From: Octopus sinensis
Taxonomy: Eukaryota
Assembly (NCBI RefSeq): GCF_006345805.1
Contig: NC_042999.1
Location: 53,072,001-53,136,000 of the forward strand
Direction: 5' to 3'
Length of the DNA stretch: 64,000 nt
The notes beneath the pieces were generated by a model. The model was not told the origin of the DNA and ran no database searches. It worked only from the letters and a program-made list of their open reading frames with translations. The position numbers were made by a program, and so were the translations under genes. Of the stretch, positions 27,455-41,631 are shown piece after piece (position 1 is the first letter of the stretch; each line of letters opens with the position of its first letter).

Positions 27455-27498
<44 letters not shown>

Positions 27499-27562
27499 CT
27501 AGGAAAAATTATGAGGAACAGGCGATGCAAATAATACCATTTGTTCTGTACGTATGTTACAG

Positions 27563-27661
27563 CACTGCAGCTATTTGCATCCTCAGCAGCGATTATTCAT
27601 TGATGCCGGTTTCAACAATCTTCCACAGTATGCCAACATACGTGCATGCAAATTGAAGGGA
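27563..27661 (+). CDS. Candidate isolated 99-nt exon (HCSYLHPQQRLFIDAGFNNLPQYANIRACKLKG), product unknown
   Basis: tatgttacAG acceptor, perfect GTAAGT donor, phase 0/0 open frame; no recognisable homology. Confidence 0.25.
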
Positions 27662-28085
27662 GTAAGTTGTGCGTGTTCTTCTACGTGCATCCTTTTCGTT
27701 CATATGTTTATGTATATCTACTTGAATGAGGTGGGGATGAATAGGCATAATTTGGCTTTTTTGAAATTGCATTTGACAGCAAATTAGACTTGAGGTTCAG
27801 GGATTGATTAAAACATTTATCACTGTTTACCTGCTCACGTTTAATGCACAGGGTTTAGGCAAACAGTGAGATGGCAGTACCTCTTTTTCAATTTTCATAT
27901 TTATTCTATCGCTCTCTTTGGCCGAACCACTACCATACAGGGTCATACACAAACCAGCGCACACACGCATATATGTGTGTGTGTATGTGTATATGTGTTT
28001 ATATATATATATGTACATACAAACATACATATATACATACACCTTTCCATTTATCTATCTATCTATCTATCCATCTATCTATCTG

Positions 28086-28160
<75 letters not shown>

Positions 28161-28510
28161 GTCTACCTACATACCTACCTACCTACTTGCCTACCTACTA
28201 ATCAATCTATACATCTATCTACCTCCCTATTGTTCAATCTATCCATCTCCATTGTCATGGAACTTCACCTCCATCCCATAAAGCAAAGACAATGTTCTCT
28301 TCTAAACAAAAACCCCCAAACCAAAAGACATGTTTTCTACAAACGAACAAACTGTTTGTACATTCAGAAAATTCGAGAAAAGAACGAAAGCGCTAATAAT
28401 AATGAAGAAATAAAAATGATTTTTTTCCAAATTTCTGATCCGACACACACCACACACACACACACACACGCGCGCACACACACTATCACACTTTCTCTCC
28501 TTCTCTCCGC

Positions 28511-28586
<76 letters not shown>

Positions 28587-29357
28587 ATATATGGGGTGGC
28601 GGTCTTCCATGCAGTTTAAACGGCCTATGAAGTCATTCTTCCAAAGTGCAACTCTTTTGGATTGAACTGGAATTTACTTGGTAGGAAAGCGAGCATCTTG
28701 GCCACACAAACTTTCCTGAATCTAATTTCTTGATTGAAAACTGATTTTGCGATCATCCATCATCCTTTAATCTTGACAGTGTTCCCATTTAATGTTGACT
28801 TAACACAATATTGATGTGTAGGGCAAGATGTAGTTTGGTTAGAAATGAATTCGCTGGCTTCAAAGATGATTTGTATTTTTTTTTTTTTGTCAGCCATCAT
28901 TTTAGTTGCTTGTGGAATGCTTGATATTTTGATTTGGATAATAATGATGTTGATGATAACGACGACCACAATAACCACGACGATAATGGTGCTGCTGCTG
29001 CTGATGATGATGATCATGATGGGGATGATGATAGATGCTATATATCAGAGTTTTATAGATCGGTTCTTAATGCTATCTTATATATTTATAACATAGTCCT
29101 ACACCATTTGAAAATAAGCCAAAACTAAAGTGCTTCCACTACTAATATATACGTGTTTGTATGTGTATGCATGTGTATGTATGTGTGTATAAACAGAAGT
29201 ACATATATACGTATGCATACTTAAGTATGTTTACATATTTAAACGTTTATGTATCTAAATATACACACATAAATGTGCATGTGTAACAGTTATCAATGTG
29301 TGTACATTGCATATATGTTTGTGTATGTATATGTGTGTGTGTATGCCTGTCTAGGTG

Positions 29358-29406
<49 letters not shown>

Positions 29407-29894
29407 TATTCGTCAATATTTGGATGGAATCAAAGAGATGGGATACCGATTGCCTGAATTAAATCAAAAACTTTCCATTGCAGACATATTTACATTGGCT
29501 TACACATTCATATACACATCTATAAACACCTATTTGCACATCTATACACACATATACCCACATTACAAATCATAAGCAGACACACACACACATATGAACG
29601 AAAATATCTAATATAATTAAAAATTTGTTGTTTGTGCTTGACCCCTTTTTCAAAAAGCAAAACGATCGGTTTCTTCCAGCTCATCCACTCACCACCTCCC
29701 AAACCAACTACCTCCTCATGTGAGAAAACCAAAACTCTTTTCATCCTCACACTAACCCACATTCTGTCTAAGCAAACCTCACCACTCCATCAAACATCTC
29801 TCCTTGCCCGCCACGCTTGCAACCCATATTTTACTCTCTATCGATAATATAGAACAATATATATATGTACGGGAGAAAGAATATGAGAAGAGAG

Positions 29895-29928
<34 letters not shown>

Positions 29929-30350
29929 GATGGGTGTCTGCATGCGTCTGTGTATGTGTGCGTGTGTGAGAACGAAAGCAATAGACCGAAAACTTAGAGT
30001 GGTTGTACAATTAGAAAACAGAGTTGGAAGAAGAGAAAGCGAAATAATGTGTGTTTAGAGATAAAAAGCGAGTAACAGCATGAAAGGGTGCGATAGAACG
30101 AGTAAGAGGGAAAGAATGAATAATGAAATGAAAGAAAAATTGTAAGACATAGAGAAAGAGATAGAGAGAAAGTGAGAGAAGCAGAGGTGAGGAGGTGGTT
30201 CGATTCCTGGCAGACAATACTGCCTGTCTCAAATTTATACAGATACTTTACCAAAGGCTAACTACAATGGAAGACGAGAAGGAAACAAATCCATATAATA
30301 TATATATATATATATAGCTATATATGTATATGAATATATATATATATATA

Positions 30351-30400
<50 letters not shown>

Positions 30401-30710
30401 ATATATATACATATATTTACCCGCAGTCACACACGCTCACACACACACACACACTCTTATAGATATTTATGTAAAACCGCAATAGCAAAATATATACGTC
30501 AGTAATCATACATTATAGACATGTAGAGATACATATGAAGGGATGTATTCTATTCTTGTACATTATTATTTATGCGAAACAGTCAAGCGTTTATTGACGG
30601 AAGACAATATATTTCAGTACAGCATGAAAATATTATCAGTTGAAACCTATAACAGTGACTTCGATGTTTTGTCGAATATACACTTCATAAGTCTTCAATC
30701 ACATACATAT

Positions 30711-31040
30711 ATGTGCCAAAGATCCCAGCAATGCCATCACTCTTCAGGACCAGCTTCTGCAACAGTCTGGGTTTCAAGGGCCCACTGCATTTTAATATTC
30801 TCCCAAAGAGTCTGCACAAAGTAGATGTAGCGGTTTTTAAATCAAAGCTGGGCATCTTCCTATCAAGAGTCCCAGATGAACCTACCTCACGGCAAGAGGT
30901 GCAAATGAGAGTAGCTATATCAAACTCCATTCTTCACCAAGTGCCACATATTAGTCGAGGTTCTTCGCAATAACAGTGTAGCACAAAACGGCGGTGCATC
31001 GGCATGGCCGCAGCTCTGATCTGAAACTAGAGAAACAAAA
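30711..31040 (+). mobile_element. CR1-like LINE 3' end with tail
   Basis: PKIPAMPSLFRTSFCNSLGFKGPLHFNILPKSL..VDVAVFKSKLGIFLSRVPDEPTSRQE..SNSILHQ, then tail ggcggtgcatcggcatggccgcag..ctgaaac. Confidence 0.8.
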
Positions 31041-31843
31041 TATACGTATGGCAAATGAAGGAAGATAAAATTAAGTATATCATAACGTAATCCATTGTAA
31101 GGCACTCAAGACCATACAATATCATTTCCAGGAGAAGCCGTCTTTGCTCGGAGGAATCCCTGTCTATTCTGTGGATCAATAAGAAGATCAATAGAATTTC
31201 TGAAGGATTCGCAAGATGACTACCCGCATATAAATGTACATTAGCATGCATGCAGGGGGAATGAATTTGAATAACTGTTAACATAATTAACTTTAAAGTA
31301 TTCAGCTTAGTAACCTCTCCATTCTTATAAACACCAAGTGACTATTTGACTCGCTTTGTTATCGCGAGTACACGAAACCACACGTGTGCGTAAGCTTACA
31401 TTTTCGCAGATGCTCGTATGAGCGAGTGTACACAAGTAGATTGCGCGGGGGCCGTTTGTACATCCATATTTGTTAACATTTATTTTAAATACACTTTTTA
31501 ATACTTTTCTCGCTGTATTGCGTTTTCGTTTCTGTTTTGCATTTACGATTTTATTTTTGATCTTCTTTGTAAATAGAGATATTTGTTTTGCTGCTTTTCT
31601 TCTACATTGCGGAACTGATTGTTATTTCATCCATTTTCCTGCCACACTACTTGATAGCACCTTTTCTGGATATTGGATAATGGTTCTTGTAAGTTAAAAA
31701 TCAAAATTCAGAATTTACGTGTTGGGTATGTTTCTAGTAATATGCCGATAAAACAAGTTCATCACCTAATGGTGCCAGACGTCATCATTCGTTTTGCTCA
31801 GTCCTCACTGGATCTACCTCAGGAATTCCTCAATATACGCTGG

Positions 31844-31875
<32 letters not shown>

Positions 31876-31877
<2 letters not shown>

Positions 31878-32086
31878 CGGAGATGTACTTGCATAACAAG
31901 TGTTTTGATCTGAGATCGTGTGCTGAAACGAAAATAATTGCAGCGTGGCAGGTGTTTGTAAGCCATTTAAGAAACACAAAAGCCGTTCGATTCACTTCAA
32001 TATTTAAGTTTAATTTGTCAAAATATTTTCGTCGCTTTAAGACCGCGACCTGTTCACTGACAAAAAACCCGTGCTGCATCTCCCGT

Positions 32087-32171
<85 letters not shown>

Positions 32172-32378
32172 TATTGTTCTATATTATCAATAGAGAGTAA
32201 AATATGGGTTGCAAGCGTGGCGGGCAAAGAGAGATGCAGCACAGGTTTTTGTCAGTGAACAGGTCGCGGTCTTAAAGAGACGAAAATATTTTAACAAATT
32301 AAACTTAAATGTTGAAGTGAATCGAACGGCTTTTGTGTGTTTCTTAAATGGCTTACAAACACCTTCCACGCTGCAATT
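31876..32378. mobile_element. Inverted pair of a hammerhead-bearing short repeat (arms 31936-32082 / 32231-32378)
   Basis: Arms are reverse complements separated by (CA)/(TA)n. Same family as 52151-52473 and the fragment at 29793-29870. Confidence 0.85.
32014..32064 (-). ncRNA. Minimal type I hammerhead motif with a non-canonical G3:C8 core
   Basis: uuuguca-GUGAACA-g-gucgc(ggucuuaaa)gcgac-GAAA-auau-UU-ugacaaa: perfect 7 bp stem I, 5 bp stem II, palindromic AAUAUU at stem III. Confidence 0.6.
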
Positions 32379-32893
32379 TATATAGAATGTGAGGATAGTA
32401 GAGTCACCATGGCTGGCATTTCTTAACGACGGACAGCAACGTATTGACAGTTTAACGGCTGGCGTAAAATTTTGAACTTGATGTAAAAGAAAATCCCTAA
32501 ACACCAAGTTTCTTTCTCACGACAGTAGACTCACCATGGCAAGCATTCAAAACTTCTTCATCATGGACGGCAACACATTGACGATTAAAAGGCTGGCGCA
32601 AATTTTTTAGCTTGATGTAACAGAGAATTCGTAAACACCCGCTCCTTTAAATTTTAATCCCCTTCCAGCCCCATTTAGACCCCTTTTCACATTTTGGTTA
32701 ATATAACCCGATTTCATTCGGGTGTACTGGGGCCACATTTTATAAGATGAGGAATTTTGTCCTAGAGGTCACGCGTTTCATTTGAGGAAAAGAAATAGTT
32801 GTCATGCAAACTTGCCAGCACTTTTAACATAGGTCTGCATATTTTCAGCTGAACCGACCGACCACATAATGCACACATTATATATATATATAT

Positions 32894-32928
<35 letters not shown>

Positions 32929-35470
32929 TGGAGTGTCTCTCATACGTGAGCGTTGACGCTGAATTCGATTGGTAAGCAGGTAACCTTGTCTTTGTTGAAA
33001 TAGTTGTGAGCTGCTGGAGTTATTTCTCTGACGGGTAATAGGAATTTCCATATCCTCGGAGGAAACGAACTGTTGACCCAGACAATTAGAATTAATTTTA
33101 ATAAAAGCATCAATTTAAGAAAAAAATAATAAAGTAGTAAAAAATGAAAATTTAGCACGAAAAATTTGCAGGGTTCTAAATAAATGTTAAAATGTAATAG
33201 ATACGAAAAATCTACGTTATCACCAGAACACGAACGCTCGTTGGTGTGCTCTGTTTGTATTTGCTCGATCGGCGCGTTGACAGGCAGACAATAGAATGCA
33301 ATGGCGAGATTCATAATATTTGTTGTAATGTGTTTGTGGTGGCGATGATAATTCTCTCTATGAATGCAGACAGATACATAAGTGAAAGTTATGGGAAGGT
33401 AGGAAATAGAGTGAGTGAAAATGTGCTGGGAAGAGAGGAAATAGCGAGAGTGAGTTGAGGAAGACAGATACATTAACGAACGAGAGTGGACTTGTCAAAG
33501 TGGGTTTTTGGCCCTAGCAACGACACTTTCTAAGATAGGAATTTCTAAGGTAGCCCACGGGCATCGTCACCTCATTTTACATGTCCCTGTAAATTTTGGA
33601 GTGAATCGGACGGGATGTAGTGGCCTTGAAAGCGATCCAAGCGGTAAAAACGCATTTCAGTCTTATATATAGAGAAGATATATATATATACATAAACACA
33701 CACACACACACACACACCACACACACACCACACACACACACACACAAATGCACACACATATATATATATATATATTAATATATTCTGCTCTTTATCATTT
33801 TGTGTCTCACTTAGTCCTGAAGCCGATCGTAATGGGATTCTTTTTTGCTTTTTACTTTGTAATGGGATATTACATAGGAAAGAGTTATTTTAGAACTGCT
33901 ACCGATTTAAAGAGACAAATGTCAAGAGTATATAATATGTTATTTGAAATAATTTGCTCGCGTGATCCTTCTGCAAAGATAGCTATTGATCCGATAACTT
34001 TTTGCGTTGCGACTAGATGAAAAGTAACGTGGACTACATCGAAGTTGATGCATGTAATCCGATTTCGATAGGTACATTGATCAGGTATAAACATATGCTA
34101 ATCTCTTAAAGATATTATTCAAAATGCCTTCTGGCCCTTGAAATAGTATGTAGTATAACTGTAATTTTAGATATGTAAGATTTGAAATTAGTCCTGGTTT
34201 AGGCATTATGAATTCGTGAAACATGGAAATAACTGGTCAATATCCGTTGAATATGTGGTTGGAAAGCAGAGTTACTGCTGCTAAATGCATAAAGCATTAG
34301 CCATATATATATATACATACAGACACACACATATATGTTTATTATTGTACAAGTGTTACATACTATGTTAGGTAACTATCTACATAAATCAGTAGGTACC
34401 TATATGCACATATACTTAGGTAACCATGTGCATACTGAGAGATAAAAGTGTGCTGCATAAAGCGAAATTCCGATAATAGCCTGCTTGTTATATGCCATCA
34501 ATTATATCTACAGCAAAATTTGGAAAAACCAGAGTGAGTGCAGAACATTAATAAATAAACACAAGAACCGTATCAGTAAAGAATAAATTAAAGTTCACAA
34601 TTGGATGAAACTAATTGGGAAAGTTACACCTCTCTGCCTCCATAATGTCTCCCTTGTTTATATCTAACGCCTACAGTCTACATTATGTGTTTGTGCGAGT
34701 GCGCGTGTTGTGTATGCGTGTGTATGTGTGCATACAAATATACCATTTTGAAAGCATTATTCGCATTTATTAACCTTTAACTTTCTTAAATGAAATAGAT
34801 TAATCAGTGAAAGTAAATTTAACCAATATAAAAGACTCATTGTGACACAGGTCGATATTGTGCTGGAAAGCCTGCAAAACGTCGACATATAATTCTCTCT
34901 TGTATTCTAAGCAAGTCACTCACTATGCTATGATAGGCAGTTCCTGTAAGGTGAATATATATATTCTATCCTTGCATGAAGAGAGACGTTATGCCACATC
35001 AACACGGCATTATTCTTGTCGTTGAAGGACATCGTTGTTTTTAATTTCAACATGCAATTCTTTACGTGTTTCCTCTCATTTCGGCTATAAATTACTCCAA
35101 ATCTTCTACTAATTAACAGATATTTAATGTTCTGTCTGTATAAGCTGATCCTATTCTTAATTCAGTTACCCTTTTTGGTAACATAATATTCTTTTCATCG
35201 ATTTTATTTTAGCAGTTCTTTTGATCGGCTTATAATCTCTGCCACTTTGCCATAGGCGATAATAACTGACTTTACCACATGCAAGGCTACACGCACCTAA
35301 GCAAATACATGCGCATCACCATATATGTATACATAATGGCATACTGTGAAATACAGGGACAGAGTCACGCAATAATAGAACGGAGCGGCATTGAAGTCAA
35401 CACGATTTAGCATCAATATGCAGCGTAGACTGTTACCTCAAACATGAGGAAGAACGTCACAGGTTATATA

Positions 35471-35542
<72 letters not shown>

Positions 35543-36268
35543 TACATACATATGCATATGTATATATATATGTATGTATGTATATATAAATACACACACA
35601 CATATATGTATTATATATACCTATAATGCCATACACACACCACTCTCAGACATTCAAGCATACACACATATACAGGTATAATTCATCAGATACACACCTC
35701 CAGAGACGTATAGGTGCTCACACAATAACGTGTTCATATATACGGTGATAAATTCACGGAGGAAGCAAACTCTGACATTTAATACGAACAACAATCGAAT
35801 TCGCCATAAAAAAAAAAGCTAAAATGAAATGAAAACAGTGGCACCTACACATGTGTGGAGAGATAAACAAATACACTGCAACACAGAGATGGAGACAAGG
35901 AACAAAACACAGCAACATAATAAACGGGAAGAGAAGAGAAGGAAATCAGCAAAGACGAACAAGTTATTGATGAAATACACCTTAGAAGAATGTCAAAGTT
36001 GTGTATACAGAGACAGAGACAGAAAGAATATATAAACAGTGTCGGGAAGGGGGGGGGGAGACAAAGAGATCGATAGACACACACACACATGCATGTATAT
36101 ATAATTAAACATATTTATATATATACATACATATATACGTACGTGCATACATATATAAGTACACAGGAATATATATATATATATGTATATATAATTAAAT
36201 ATATATATATTCCTATGTACTTATACATGTAAGTACGTATATACACACACACACGCACAGACACACAT

Positions 36269-36337
<69 letters not shown>

Positions 36338-39300
36338 TGAGAAAGTTGGTGTGTACAGAAATGTGTAGGAAGATAGATGGATAGCTAGATAGAGAAATAG
36401 ATAAATAGATTAATAAAGCAAAACATCAACTGAATATGAGACAACGATAAACACGAACGATATGGAAGCACAGTAATTTAGACCGAAAGAACATAGGAAC
36501 ACCAATACAATGAAGGGCGTGTCTTGTAACGAGATAGAATTGTATGAAATAGGAATATCAGACAAACAAGAACACACACAAATTATCACAAGCATAGACA
36601 TACATATATATTAAATAACCAGACTTTGGACACGATATGTATGAACAACTATGAATTAATGCGTATATATGTAACCATTTATATGCATTACTTTCACACA
36701 GATATTTACGATTCAGGAACTCTACACAAATATTTATTATGCACATGTATTATATATCCGTGTAAAACGCATATTGAATATGTGTTGGACATAACGCAGC
36801 GCGACCCCTCTACTAATAAACAAACTGATATATATATACTAACGCAAAACATTAAAGCATATACATATTTACTAGGCTACATATTTATGCGACGTCAATG
36901 TATGCAATGTGCATGTATATATTTACACCTTTTCTTATGTATATAAGAATGCAGACACTGGTTCTCACAGAGTGAGAGAGAGAGAGAGAGCGAGAGAGAG
37001 AGGGGGGTCTAGAAATAGAAGTATAGAAAGAGAGAAATAGAGGGAGTTTATTATTGTCCAAGTGTTCAGGTGATCGATATTTCGCAATCCTCAGGCATTT
37101 TCTCCAGACTACCAAGCAAAGGTAATTCTCCGATTGCATTGAATTCATTGAACAGTTCTTTAGAGAATTAATTGGTATCAAGGGCTAATTGAAATATTTT
37201 CATTGGTTTCTATAGCAAAAGTAAATAGAGTAGAAAAGAAGAGAAATAAAAATGAATATGAAAACACTAAGGAAATATCTCCAGATTATAATAAACAAAC
37301 AACAACCGAAGAAAAAATATTCTCGGAATTACGTGTGCATGTATTGAGTCTGTGCTAGAATAGCTCTGAAAAGTCTTGATACATCGCTTTGTAATCTAAT
37401 GAAGGTAAGCAGAGAGGAACAAGCTCTTTCAGAAGACAATGTTATATGGCGTCGGTTTCTAGTTTTTTTTCCCTTTTTTTTATTTTTCAGTTACCATTAT
37501 TATTTCGACCGAAGTACAAGGCAGTGTTGATATTGAAACATTTAACAAAAATAGGGTTTCGGAGTTTTTGTGCTTTACTCTTCATACGCACTCTCTCCCC
37601 ACCTCTCTCTCTCTGAAATTACATAAGTCGTTTATATTTAATGTAACACTTAACAATAATGAAAGTTCAAACCTTTTACTTGCTTGGAAGCATTTATGAT
37701 TTAAAGATTTTTTGGACGTACCACAGAAATTGTACGAATAATTTTACTTAAGAATTTTAAATGCAAAAAGTGTACAAGGCTGAAAATGTTAATGCGACCT
37801 TTGAAGTTGCTTTTCTGTCATCAGCTCGAGATGACTCAAATGCAGTCGCGCCAGACAACTATTGTCGAGCTGCAGTCTTCTTCTTTGTTTATTATAAGAA
37901 TGCAAAACCAACGAAAAGCCTCTTTCGGTAAGGTTTGATTTACTTTGAGGAGTTAATATGGCAATAAGGATCTTAAGTGAACAACTAAAAGGCATAAAGT
38001 ATCAACCAAACACTTACCAATAAAAGCGTGATCGGAAGAATTTGTTGATACGAATTGAATTTCTAGTGAATAATCGCTGAATGCTAACGTGATGGTATAC
38101 TCAGCCAGCAATTATCACCGCAGTGGATAAGCCTAACTATACAGAGGTGCGCGCTTAAGGTACTCACGAGGTGTATCGCGTGCGTCTCGCGTATGTCTCG
38201 TGCATCGTTACGCCTCCATGAGACACCTGTGGAAGCCTGCAGTATTATTGACGCGTGTGGTGCTGCGTTCTCAACAAACAACCATAATTATGGTCAGTAC
38301 GTACGTACTTACAGGCGGTGAGCTGGTAGAAACGTTAGCTTCGGAGGACCATGATGCATTTACAATGATATATTTTAAACAGTTTAACTATACACCCCAA
38401 AACAAAATTAGATAGAAAAATACTATTGGAGAATGTTTGCCTTCTCTGTAGAAGTCCTCCCAAAACAAAGAGATTTATCATGTAAGCCATACTCATATGG
38501 TAACCAATGCCAAAATAAATACACAAGCACCACACACATCAAAAAGTTAACACGTGGCTACATAAAAACCGAATGCTTGCGTAAAATGAAGCAGAAATTT
38601 GACGGCAACAAACAAATTAACACGTGACTGCTGGCGTTTGAAGCAAGCACAAAACAATATTTAGATTTATTCAGTCAGTATATATATATAATAAAGAAAA
38701 CAGGCGCCAAATATGTCCTAATCTTTAAAAAATGAGCCGGCGAATGTCAGAAAACAATAAAAAAAAATATGTTTCGAACTTTTATTTAAACATTAAAAAG
38801 GAATACAAAAAATGGAATACGAAAAATCTAATATCTAAAACCTAAAACTTAGACACAGTCGTATGTTTAATAAAACATGTAGCGCGCGCGTATATATGTG
38901 TGTGTGTGTGTGTGTGTGTGCATCTGTGTTGCGAGAAATTCAGAATAACTTCCCACAGAGAACATTCTTCAAGCAAATTACCTTATGGATCTCAATGTAT
39001 TTTTATTGGATTGCTTTTCAGGTCACGTTTGTATGTTTCTTTCCGATTGGTTTTTTGAAGTATTGGTTGTCAAACTTGAGGCAATATTTTTTTGTTTCTT
39101 GTTTAATATTTTTTTCATTTTCATTCCTGCTTTTAGTATTGAAGGAATATTTTCTAACATTGCATCAAATTATATTTTCCTGGCAATCAAATATGCATTC
39201 TCTGTTGCTCTACTCCTACATGGTTTATGCTGAACCAATTTTTTTCCGATGTTATTTTGATTTTCCCTTTTGAATCATCAAACATATTTTGGTACACGTC

Positions 39301-40363
39301 TATGAATAGTGCAGACGATTCAACAAGCAAATATTTGATTTTTTTACGAATAAAACCTTTTTAATGTGAGTGTTGTTATATGCTCTATATTGCCCTTTTG
39401 ATAGAGTCCACATTTTAAAGCACACACTTATAGAAATTCTTTCTTTCAATCTCACCAAGTATTCGAATTTCGTTCAACATTTACTATTCTTCTTTATCCG
39501 GTTCTTCTAGTAACCTAAAATGTGCTTTTATTCACCTCATATATACTATTAATAATGTTTTTATAAACCCATATATGTTTGTACTTCATATCTGAGATAT
39601 GTTTCGGCCTAAGGTTGGCCCACATCATGTCTGTCTTAATAGCACAACCTGATTGTATTTGTTCAGTCGATTCTAAATCAAGTTCTGTGGTATCATGGTT
39701 CATTCAAGTAAGGATTTGTTCTTCCTTGAAGATGTATCACTGTGATGAGTCTAGGTAGCTTAGCTCCCTTGAAGAAATCGTCCAGGTTTCGTTTGATGGT
39801 GATGGGATCCTTTTCTTCTTTGATTGGTGTTAAAAAGATTGGTGTTAAAAAGAAATTGTTGCAGTGAATGTATGTGTTGTGAGCCTGAATTGTTTAGGAG
39901 GCGTATGGCACGTGGTCATCGAATACTCCGGATTATGTAATATTTTCTTTTAATGCAATAACTACAGAAAACTTGGGCGATTATAATAATTAATATTTTT
40001 CCTGTCATTGCCCTACAGTGGGTATTATTATCAGTGCTATACTGTTACCCATTATATAACCAGTAACTTTAGAAGTATACTTGTGCCCCCTACAGTTAAT
40101 AACAGGAAATGTGACAGAGATACAATAATAATAATTTAACTTTTATCAAATTTCTGGATGACTATACAAAATGACAAAATGAATACAAATTTTTTAAAGT
40201 AAAGTATTTCTTACTCCATCATGTATTCGTCGATCTTCTATTCTTCCACCATTATCTGTGTGATAATTTCTCCCTCACCGTGTCTATGTAGCGTTAATTT
40301 CTTTATTGTCTTCCACCAAGCCCATCACTTGCACTTTAACTCATTCTATATCTTATTTTTGAT

Positions 40364-40394
<31 letters not shown>

Positions 40395-40992
40395 CCGAAG
40401 TTACATTTACATCGGCTATTATCTAAGAAACATAACGATACTAACTGACAAGATACAGTTCAAGTCCCCGCAGTATGGTAAGAATTTACAACCCTAACAG
40501 AAGTAATTCAGCTACAGAATCATCAAATTAGATTCCTAATACGTTACAGTTGTGTATCTATGAGGCGGAAATATGTTTAGCCATTCTGTATTTAAAACAA
40601 GTGCGCACTGTTTGCTATAGGTCATTCACATCTGCAAGATGATGGAATTTGCTGTTCCCTTGACGCAAATTTATAGATGTTAACTATACACACCGATTCA
40701 TTACAAAACGTTTAATATTCGACTACCATTCCTTTCAAGAACAGTGAAAAGTTATCTTTTGGTATCAGAATTGATTTGAATTCCTTTTAATCTTTTAGAT
40801 CAAAAAAGCCGTTTTAAGAATCAATTTAACTATTGCTCTTACTTTCTACTGATTATTTGGAAGCATATCTTTCTTGTGATATACAAATAAATCTTAAAAT
40901 ACGCTTATACTCGTACTCTTTTACTTGTTTCAGTCATTTGACTGCGGCCATGCTGGAGCACCGCCATATATATATGTATATATATATTATAT

Positions 40993-41111
<119 letters not shown>

Positions 41112-41144
41112 GGATGGATAGATAGATAGATAAATAGATATACA

Positions 41145-41193
<49 letters not shown>

Positions 41194-41367
41194 TCCATAC
41201 ATACAGATGAGCGCATAAGTACAAAACAAAGCAGAAACAATAGTACTCGAATACCAAAGGTAGAGTAATATACTTTTTATTAAAGCTGCAAAATTATCAC
41301 GGACTTTTACTCACAGTTTCACGTTACCGTTCGTTGGACAGTGGGGATGAAAACTGAATTAAGATTG

Positions 41368-41408
<41 letters not shown>

Positions 41409-41409
<1 letters not shown>

Positions 41410-41631
41410 TTTATTTAAAGCAGCAAAAAATTCAACAAAACCTGTTACTCTGAGTTTCACGTTGCCGTTCATCGGACAGTTTTTGCTAGAATAGAACCGA
41501 TATGTCAATTCTATCCAGACTCTGGATAGAATTGACATATCGGTTCTATTCTAGCAAAAACTGTCCGATGAACGGCAACGTGAAACTCAGAGTAACAGGT
41601 TTTGTTGAATTTTTTGCTGCTTTAAATAAAG
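41409..41631. repeat. Perfect 223 bp palindrome (111 bp arms, 1 nt spacer at 41520)
   Basis: Checked base by base: 41409-41519 is the exact reverse complement of 41521-41631. Confidence 0.95.
41561..41598 (+). ncRNA. Type I hammerhead motif (U4C core) within the palindrome; mirror copy on minus strand at 41442-41479
   Basis: cugu-CCGAUGA-acg(gcaa)cgu-GAAA-cuc-a-gag-UA-acag: 4 bp stem I, GNRA-capped stem II, self-complementary stem III, GUA cleavage triplet. Confidence 0.6.

Noticed and set aside
32393-32640. Diverged 128 bp tandem duplication, considered as a transposase fragment
   Set aside because: The duplication is real, but no frame gives a recognisable protein motif.
39590-39635. Minus-strand ggcc-loop-ggcc-GAAA-catatc-TC hammerhead-like remnant
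   Set aside because: The core (ATGATGTG) and stem I are too degraded to call, although it may be a decayed relative.
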